Shown here in pieces: positions 54,452 through 64,000 of a stretch of 64,000 nucleotides of DNA. The position numbers and the translations under genes are program-made. Below the pieces are notes generated by a model. That model was not told where the DNA came from. It made no database searches and was given only the letters and a program-made list of their open reading frames with translations. The DNA is taken from assembly GCA_951406725.2 (NCBI GenBank), contig OX597823.1, forward strand, positions 74,276,001 to 74,340,000, read 5' to 3'. How positions within the stretch are numbered: position 1 is the stretch's first letter; every line of letters begins with the position of its first letter. The DNA comes from Octopus vulgaris. Lineage: Eukaryota.

Positions 54452-55299
54452 GATAGATGTGTGTGTGTGTGTGTGTGTGCGTGTGTATGTATTTATACCA
54501 ACACTGATATATAAACAATTCACGAATAAATGAAAAATAAATATGCATTTTAAATCAAAACAAGGAATTATGAAAGTAAACTGTATCCCAAGAAAAATAT
54601 CCCAAGGGAGATTCCTTTTCCAATTTCCTTTCTACATTAAGCTAACGCCTGTAATAAACGTTAATCCAAATAGGCGTCATATTATGTATGGACAATCACC
54701 CATTTGTTTTTCTTTACGAACGATATTAAGATATATGATGCTGATGAAAACAAGCAGAAGCACAGATACGGAGAGAGTACGGATTCATTAGAATGAACCA
54801 AAACACTGAGTTTAGAAACACGCCCGGAGTCAATGTTGAAATTAGAGGAATAGCAAAAATGAGAGGCTCAGACTTACACATATTAAATAATTAATGAATT
54901 AGATATAATACAAAGTACACAAGTGGAAAAGAAATCCTTGGAAGGAATATGAACTTACAATATATTAATGATTAATATAGCACTGAATATCAAATGTGAA
55001 ATTATATGCATGAATATACCATATGGTTGTTCCAATAAAAGTAATAGGTAGAATATTCCCGATCGTAAATTAGCAAGAAACCGAGAAATCGAATGACTGC
55101 ATTGAGAATAAATCTCTCAACGCCTGACACAGACATGATATATTTACACTAATAGAAGGAAGTGGGAGGGACTTCTGGAACTAGGCATCTATTATAAAAT
55201 ATCAACTCTAGTAATGTAAAAAAAAATACTTAGTAAAGAATAAGTAGAAAAATATATAAACAGATGCAAACAAGCAAACAAATTTGACAGAATGCATAA

Positions 55300-55930
55300 C
55301 AGGTAAAGAAAACAAAATATTCCATCCAAAATTAAAAGTATTTAAAAAACAATCAACTAGATTACGACTGGGAGATAGCAGTTTGCTCAAAGTAGCCGCC
55401 CTCAGCTTCCACCACGCCCCAAAGACGGCTCGGGAACCTGGCGCATGCATTTCTCATTGTGTTATTGGATAAACCTTTCAACACTTTCTTTTTCTTGGCC
55501 ACCAGCCCGGCCTTGATGTTGCAGGCAGAGTGGTTGATGTCTTTCACGACCGCTCCTCACATATAATAGTCCATTCAGTAAGAATCGGAAGAATTAGGAG
55601 TCCAGATTTGTGGGTAGTGAAATCATAGAAATTCTTCGACCGCCATTTCTGACTCCTTCCAAGGGGTATGGCAAGGAGCTGAATCCTACGCCCACACATA
55701 TGGCCTTCTTGAAACAACCCTTTCCAGCCATAGATTGACCATAGTCTCTAGCATTTTAATTGAGCTTAAGGCTATGTTCAAATATATGGGAATGGACGCC
55801 TATTCCGTTGTGTCCGTTGCAGCTGTGCATGTTACATCTTACACCTCTTACAATGTTCACAGAACCTTGACCAATAATCATGATGTCAGTATTTTCATAT
55901 CCGGGGTGAGTCTTCATGAAGCAGGTAACT
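55300..55930 (-). mobile_element. maT/DD37D-like transposase remnant
   Basis: The minus strand gives DSAPCHT, WTPNSSD..MDYYM.GAV and MRNACARFPSRLWGVVEAEGGYFE. It is related to the 38307 copy. Confidence 0.82.
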
Positions 55931-57314
55931 GATTTTCAGTATTTCGATGGCTACAAGTTATAAAATATAGCTAAGGTTTTTTTTAGCAATAACTTTAATT
56001 ATTATGCTTTCTAACGCTGTTGACTGTTTTCCAGTGCATCTATCTATTCCCAAAGAAAAAAAGGAGACATAAAATTCGTCAAATGCGCGTTGTATATGTG
56101 TGTGTTTGTATGCATGTGTGTGTGTATGTGTGTGTGCGCGTATGTAATATATATCGAGGTAATAGGCAAAGATGAGTAGATTGCAGGGAAAAAGCAGGAA
56201 TTATATTAAATACTGATATGAACATTGGACGACATCAAGATGACAAGGGAAATCACTCTGTGAACAATTCCCAAGAAGATGAGATTGATAAACAAATACC
56301 TCCGCTTAGGCTGAAATGAGCCTAATCTCAATGTTGAGCCAAAATAAGTTCTCATTGCAGTGGTTAACTAAAGGTTTCTCACCTTTTAATCTAATGTGAC
56401 TGATGTGGAATAGTGCAAAATATGTAGAGATTGGGAAGAAACAATTATCTACGTCAGTATGTGTGCAATTATGGATGGATTGGAAGTTTCCTTTAGGAGA
56501 AAATTAATCAGAATTGTGAATATTGACAAAAAAGGGTGTGGTATAAACGTTCCAGAAAATGTTTTCGAGTTCCTTAAACTGGAACATTTAGATCTACAGA
56601 ATTGTGAACAAAGAGAAGCGACTGATGATGCTGTTAAATCCACTAGAAGAGGAAATACCTTTGTCAGGATTATAATCTTGAGAGAAGACGATGTAGATTA
56701 AGGTCATATGCAGGAATAGCTGCGTTTCTCACCACCATGCTTAACAGCCGATTTTAGTTTGCTTAGATCCCTGTTAGCGGTTCAGCAAGAGAGATAGAGC
56801 GCAGGAGTAAGAAAAAAAAAAACAGAATTTAAAATAATAAGAACTGGGGTAAATTTGTTCGAGTAATTCCGTCAAGGCATTGCCCCAACACGACTGTCAG
56901 CTAATGACTGAAACCAGTAAAAGATAAGAAATAGGAAGTTATCGAAATAGATATAAATAGATTGAGAGCATTGGAATGTTCTTATTTTTCATTCCCTTTG
57001 AAATTACCCTTATTAGCGGTTTGGGCTTTAACTGCTCTTTCCAGAATGTAAGGTGTCCTGTTAAAGGTAACCTCTTTTGTGTATAAAACGGTACACTAAT
57101 TTATATGAAAAATATGTTGTCTATTGACTTTATTACGCATGCTGACCACCAGTAGAATATTTCTCTAAATTTTCTACCCTTATTATTTTCACACACACAC
57201 ACACACACACATACACACACATATACACACATGCGGATTGTGTTTATGAAAGACCAGCAGTCGCCCATGCATACCAGCCTTCCCTCTCCACGCCACCGAT
57301 GAACTGGAGCTTAA

Positions 57315-57807
57315 AGGAAAATACGTTTGGGAACAGTAGTGGCAACAGATACGTATAATAATTATTGATCATTGCCAAAGAAGACTGGATATGGTAGACC
57401 ACAGGGTTCGAGCAGTTTCCACTGCACTGTCAGCGGCCCAGATCTCTTGAAGCCGATTTCCATTAAATATTCATATACTTGCAGGAGTATTTGCGCGTGC
57501 ATGTGTGCATGGAGGTCACAATCTTAGTCGGAGAAAGAAAGCTAAGTGACATTACTTACAGTCAGTAAGAAAATTGGGATATAATTGAGGGTATTTGGAA
57601 TGAGTTAAAAATGAATATATTAAGAGATAAGTCCTATTTCTAATAGGGCAATATGGTAATATAGTCTTTGTTAATAGTGTATAAATAATAACTGAGGCCT
57701 AAGTCATACTTGGGTTTGTCAGATAGGTTCTGTAATCAACTTGATCAATGAACGTTGCTGACACCGGAGCCAACAGTACATATATTTCTTCTTAAGAATG
57801 GGGTGCA

Positions 57808-57854
<47 letters not shown>

Positions 57855-58113
57855 TACATATGTATATAAAAAGAATCTTAATTCCTAATTTATTGAATTG
57901 CGCAATCTCCACTTCTTTAGTAAGAGGCAAACGGATGCATTTAGGATGTTGTTTTAATTCCTTTCTAAGAGAAGAATTTCTACTAATTCAGAATGTCTTG
58001 ACTATCTTATTCAAGACATCAGTCCTTAGACTTTGATTTATCTCAATTCATGGAAATTAGTTACTTCTCTAATCTTGAAATTTCTTAATGCAAATTAATG
58101 CCCACCAATATAT

Positions 58114-58166
<53 letters not shown>

Positions 58167-58708
58167 GAACTTTGGGCAAGTGTCTTTTACTATAGCCTCG
58201 GGATGACCAAAGCCTTGTGAGTGGATTTGGTAGACGGAAACTGAAAGAAGCCCACCGCATATATGTATATATATATATATATATGTGTATGTATGTGTGT
58301 GCATGTGTTTGTGTGTCGGTGTTTGTCCCCACAACATCGTTTGACAATCGATGCTGGTGTGTCTACGTCCACGTAACTTAGCGGTTCGGCAAAAGGGACC
58401 GATAGAATAAGTACTAGGCTTACAAAGAATAAGTCCTGGGGTCGATTTGCTCGACTAAAGGTGGTGCTCCAGCATGACCACAGTCAAATGACTGAAACAA
58501 GTAAAAGAGTAAGAGATTATAGAAAAATTTCCTATATACATTAATGTATATATATATATATACATATGTATATCAGAAACACTTCCCTTATACATTTAAA
58601 CCCCTAAGTGTTGATAAGGAGGGCGCTGTTTTCCTATGCTTCTTTGGCAATGTTCAATAATTATTATACGCATCCGTTGCAGCTACTGTTCCCCAAACGT
58701 AATTTTCT
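57315..58708. mobile_element. Second Kolobok-like element (TTAA flanks, ~70-bp TIRs)
   Basis: 57308-57383 is the reverse complement of 58639-58715 (AGCTTAAAG.AAA.TACGTTTGGG..CGTATAATAATTATTGA.CATTGCCAAAGAAG). TTAA lies at 57311-57314 and 58709-58712 with AG..CT termini. Confidence 0.68.
58168..58515 (+). mobile_element. SINE family B, 5'-truncated, nested in the TIR element
   Basis: TTGGGCAAGTGTCTT through GGTGCTCCAGCATG..GAAACAAGTAAAAGAG. Confidence 0.9.
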
Positions 58709-59084
58709 TTAAGCTTGATAATGAAGTCTTTCATAATTAAACCCTTAATTTGTTGAAATCGTTTTCCTTTTCGTCATGAGTTACTAGCGCATACCACCAG
58801 GTTTAGCTTTTCATTTCTCAACCGAGAGGAAAATTTCATGTCATTAAAATATATATGATCCTGTCATTCTCAATAACTGTACATCATCCATACATGTGTG
58901 TCATTATCTATGTACAAGGAATTTCTACAACATATACGAATATTGTATCTACACCAAGTGGCTACAACAACAACAACGACTGCTGCTGCTGCTACTACTA
59001 CTACTACTACTACTACTACTAGATGGACGACGGCTAATCACTTGGTAGATAATGGTATTATGTCAGCTGCCGCTGTGATCATCA

Positions 59085-61100
59085 CGTACTTATTTGTCTT
59101 TTCTTTCCCTTTGCTATCTCTCTGTCTTTCTCTCTTTCTCTCTCATTTTTGTCAATATGAGCCACCTTTTGCTTCGTCGACGTTTTGAACCTCTTCCCTA
59201 TCTCTTTCCACCCTCTTCTTTCACCATTCTTTCTTTCTTTCTTTCTTCCTTGTCCAACAATGCCAAAATTTAATTCGTCAACACTTAATTCATCGACTCT
59301 CTCTCTCTCTCTCTCTCTCTCACTCCTCATAGCTTACGTGGTTCTATCATTTTTAAATATCTATCCTTTTCTCTCTCTCATCCTCTCTCTCCCTTCTTTT
59401 TCTAACGTCCTCTATCTTTCATTTATCTCCCCTCTCTGTCTTCTATCAGCTCTCTCTCTTTCTCTTTCTCCCCCCTTTATTATCTTTCTCTTTTCTACAC
59501 ACATAAACACACTAATTTCCTTTCATATGTACATATTATACTGCGTTCATTCTTATTCGATTGTCTGTCCCTCTCTTCCTTTTCTCTCACTCTGTCTCTT
59601 TCTCTCTTCCTCTCTCCCGCCTGTCTTTCTGTTACTCCGTCCCCCTCCCTCTCTCTTTTTTCTCCTAGTGATACGTACATCATTACTTCTTGCTTTTACT
59701 CTCTCTCTCTTTCTGGCATGCCTGTCCATGTCTGTAATTTACTTCAGTGAGAGACGTCTCTTTTCTCCTGCACCATTTCGGCTTTCACTCTTTTACTCCC
59801 ACAATTCTCTCTCTCTCTCTCACTGCCTTCTCTCTATCTCTAAACACTCACACACACACACATACATATATATATATACACACATACATATATATATATA
59901 TATATAAATATATATATACACACACACACACAGCCACTCACGCAATCACACTTTCTCTTTCTTTGTTTCTTTCCTTTTTTCTTTCTATCTATCTCTCTCT
60001 TTCTCTCCACCGCCCAGAAAAACTACGTCTTCACCAATTATTCTCTCTCATTCAAAATCCCCTGCCCACTCATTCCTAGATTATCTTTATCTCTCACTCT
60101 TTTACTCTCTCTCTCATTTCTATAACTTTCTTACTCTCTTTTTCTCTCGTCCTCTCATAGAAACACTGCCCCCCACCATCTCCACCGCGCACACTACACG
60201 TTTAGTCTATCCTTTTCCTTTTTTTTTTCTCTTTCCCTTATTCATTCCCTGCTCATATTTCTTCACCAACATCTTCCCTTTGTTTCTCCTTTCTCCCATT
60301 CTCACTTTACGCTCAGTCTGTTTCGACACAGTAATATAACTTCTAAACCCTCCACCTCCATCTCCTCTTCCTTCTCCCCTCCTCCTTCTCCCCTTCTCTT
60401 CCTTCCCCTCCTTCCTCCCTTGTCTGTTCTTCGTTACTTTGTCTTGATGCCGAAGCCCACACCGACTCCTCGTCTCAATCACCACCTCATCATCATCAAT
60501 TTCCTTATATATATTATTAGTTCCTCCGCCTTACCCTCTCTCTTAACCTCCATACCCTTTCTCTTCCTTCTTCCCATGTCTCCATCCTCCTACTTCCTTC
60601 TTTTCCTCTGTCATACTTCTATCCTCATACCACCTCTCACTACGCCGAAATATTCCTACCCCCTCATTTCCTCCTCCATCACATCTATCACCACTATCTC
60701 TACCACTGCTTAAGTCGCCACTTCCACTGCCACCCTGCCTTTTAATATAACCGCTACACTCCTCTCCGCTTTTCTTCCTTGCTCTTCCTTCTATGGTTTT
60801 CAAAAGCATCGTTCCTTACTCTCTACTGTCTTCTCTCTCCTTTAAACACTTGCCTCTCACTCTTCAACCACCACCACCACCACAAATTCCACCACTACCA
60901 CCACCTCTTACAACATCAGCATCACCATCGCCATCACACCAGCACGATAGCGATCCTCTGCCTTCATCTCTAACACTAATAATCCCGCCACAATCTCTCT
61001 CTCACAGCCTCACATTGCACACACCACTAACACACACATCTTCTCTCTCTATCGCCCTTTCTGTCTCTATCTTTGACTCGCTGTTTCTATCTCAACAATA
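59085..61100. repeat. ~2-kb pyrimidine-skewed low-complexity region
   Basis: The plus strand is dominated by C/T with many CT and CCT runs and very few G. Confidence 0.9.
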
Positions 61101-61375
61101 ACCAGACTTCTCGATTGCAGATCTATCGATTATAGTAGAGAAATAAATGTCCGTTGTGTTGTATATTTGTATTCCTTTGCTGCTTTCTCATAATTATTCA
61201 ACCAACTTGCTGCTAGTGGCGCTGATATTAATTTTAACTACAAGTTTCGCTATCTTTAACGTAAATGTCTGTCGATGCTACTGTAGTAGTGGTTATCGTG
61301 TAGTGTTTGGTGTCCACCTTTTTCCCAACGATGGGTAAATCCTGATCGGGCTAAGGACTGATAGAATATGTGCCA

Positions 61376-61540
61376 GCCGTAGGAGTAGCTGCGTGGTAAG
61401 TAGCCTGCTTACGAACCACATGGTACCGGGTTCAGTCCCACTGCGTGGCAACTTGGGCAAGTGTCTCCTACTATAGCCTCGGGCCAACCAAAGCCTTGTG
61501 AGTGGATTTGGTACACGGAAACAGAAAGAAGCCTGTCGTA

Positions 61541-61633
<93 letters not shown>

Positions 61634-61866
61634 ATATATGTATGTGTGTGAATATGTTTATGTGTCTGTGTTTGTCCCCCCAACATCGCTTGACAACTGA
61701 TGCTGGTGAGTTTACGTTCCCGTAATTTAGCGGTTCGACAAAAGAGACCTATAGAATAAGTACTTGGCTTACAAAGAATAAGTCCTGGGGTCGATTTGCC
61801 CGACTAAAGGTGGTGCTCCAGCATGGCCACGGTCAAATGACTGAAACAAGTAAGAGTAAAAAAAAG
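61376..61866 (+). mobile_element. SINE family B, full length
   Basis: tRNA-like head, core, internal (TA)n(TG)n tract and 3' end GACTGAAACAAGTAAGAGTAAA. Confidence 0.93.
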
Positions 61867-62134
61867 AAACGTCGACATTTTTTTAGACTATTCAGAACGG
61901 TATTATTATGTCCGTGTATCAAAGACCTAAGTTTGCTATACATTCTTGCTATAATCTTTATAGTCTAAGAGGGATTCAGCTTGTAAATTTGTAGGTCGAG
62001 AGACGGCGTACCGATGTCACCATGTTACTATTGCTTTCTTGTTATTATTATTTATAAAATAATTTCTGATGGCGGGATTGTTGTGAGTCGTTTACCTGAC
62101 GGTTGGAATGACGCTGTGCTACGAGTATTCATAT

Positions 62135-62765
62135 CAAATAATGCCGGGGAGCCAGTAGAATCTTTAGCCCGTCGGACAATGTTTCGTCCTTCTTCATGTT
62201 CAAATTCTGTTGAGGTCGACTTTGCCTTTCATCCTTTCGAGGTTGATATAAATAAGTAACAGTTAAGCATTAGGGTCAATGTAATCGACTAAACCCTTAG
62301 CCTGAAATTTCTGGCCTTGTTCCAAAATTCGAAACAATTGTTATTTACTTTAAATACTGTCTGTGATGTGGCAGGTCGGACAAAATGCTTAGTAGTATTT
62401 CTGATGTTCTCAGTCCACCTTGCCTTTCACCCTTTCAGAATCGATAAAATAGGTACCAACTGATCACAAGAATGGATGTAATCGAGCCCCTCTCTTAAAA
62501 ATTACTGCCCTTGCACCAAAATTAGAAAGATTTATTAATATTAGCTAAAAGAGTGAGCTGGTAGAATAATTAACATTTCTTGTGTAATCCTTAGCGGTAT
62601 TTCTGACTCCATGCTTAGATCACAAATACTGTCGAGGTAAACATTCAAATTTCTGAGCTCACAGAAATAAAGACCAGTTGTTAAAGCACAAGGACCGATG
62701 TAACTAGTTGTAAAAAGAAAAAAAAAGTAATAAATAAAAATGCTAGTTTCTTGCTAAAATTTGTC
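62135..62765 (+). mobile_element. Second head-to-tail cluster of decayed family A SINEs (about three copies)
   Basis: Cores lie at about 62210 (GAGGTCGACTTTGCCTTTCATCC), 62420 and 62630, all on the + strand. Confidence 0.75.
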
Positions 62766-63898
62766 CAATGCAGATGCGTAACCAAGGACTCATCATTAAT
62801 GCCATAGATCAAAGAATCTGGACTAATAATTACATTTAGTTTGCCTTCACCTCAGAGGCTATACTAAACACTTGAACATCTAATGGTGTACTATTTTAGG
62901 CGCTATGCAGTACTCTAGGAATTTTCCCAGTTTATTCTTGTATGTTATATTGGTTATAGTCACACGGCATCTCACGAAATTTACTGATTAAGGGACGAAT
63001 GGTGTTATGACGTTGCTCTTATGTACCTTTATGCACATGGGTGTGGTTTTCCTTTTTGTATTTTTCTTTTAATCAGGGCCCATTGAGTGATATGGTGGAG
63101 TTATTTTTTGGATATATTGCAGATAACATTGAAACTGCTACTGCTGTTGTTGTTCATGATGATGTTTTTAAGGTGGTGATTTGATACCATCGTCAGAGCG
63201 TCAAAGTGTCATGCAGCATTTGTTCCGGCTCTTAGTTTACTTTGGATTCAAATGCTCCGATATCAACTTTGCATTTTATAATTTTCGGCTCGACAGAATA
63301 TAGTAATGATAACGTATTGAGCTGATAGGAGGCAAAATCGAATGCTAATCTGTACGAGTATACAATGGGATACTAAAGCAGAATGGAGCCCAAGTCTCCA
63401 ACACATGGTGAAGTACTTCAATGATTGCAGTACACTGCCACCACGCAACAATATCTATCTATATCACCTTCTATGACGGCCAACAACACGCTCACACACA
63501 CGCACACACACACACACACATATGCACACACAGATCATGCGCATTCATACACACATATATGCTCACATGTCCCATATTTCACTGACAAACATTCTCCTCT
63601 CAAAAGCAGATGATCCCATTAAAGAGTACAGCACAAAAGAAAAAAAGTTATGCTTCTTAATGGCGATGACGATAAAGATATGAACTATGGAGGTCTTGCT
63701 ATTAATTTTTTATCTAATAGCTTCGGGGTTTTCAATGATATTATTGTTATTTTTATTACTGGTATTGTTCTGTTTGTTATTAGTCGTACTGGTAATGGGT
63801 GGTGATGGTGGTGACCGTGCTGATAATGTTATTAATTTTAACTAGAAATATCGGCTCCTCCAACACATTAGTGTTTATTGTAGTTGCAATCGTTGCCT

Positions 63899-63932
<34 letters not shown>

Positions 63933-64000
63933 AGCTGGTGCTGTTGCTAAAGATGGTGGATGTAGTGATATTGATGGTGGCAGAAAAAAATTCTTAGTAG

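Noticed and set aside
56400-56701. 80-aa ORF MCAIMDG..., possibly a decayed RTE 3' end
   Set aside because: Similarity is too weak to call as either a gene or a LINE.
59185-59907. 240-aa L/S/F-rich membrane-like ORF
   Set aside because: It is a by-product of the pyrimidine-rich tract, which is depleted of stop codons.

Overview
AT-rich, repeat-dense eukaryotic non-coding DNA with no complete protein-coding gene I can support. The SINE families and microsatellite load strongly suggest an octopod cephalopod (Octopus-like) intron or intergenic region; this is inferred from recalled SINE motifs, not from a database search. Almost all ORFs in the supplied track are microsatellite artefacts. Recognisable content includes decayed LINEs (RTE, Hero/NeSL-like and R4/Dong restriction-like-endonuclease types) and at least four tRNA-derived SINE families. 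DNA transposons are represented by mariner and maT (DD37D-like) remnants, a hAT-type MITE, two TTAA-flanked Kolobok-like TIR elements, and an Academ (XPG + Cys8) fragment inside an apparently exact 672-bp tandem duplication. There is also a probable solo LTR. The most notable items are Penelope-type pseudo-LTR remnants carrying degenerate minimal hammerhead ribozymes, a (TAA)n-targeted nest of Dong LINEs with an unexplained ~550-bp repeated element, head-to-tail SINE arrays, and a candidate minus-strand 5' exon with an adjacent TALE/bZIP motif cluster. I found no convincing wholly new system; the findings below are hypotheses. All alignments and translations were done by eye, so element boundaries are approximate unless a TSD or TIR fixes them.
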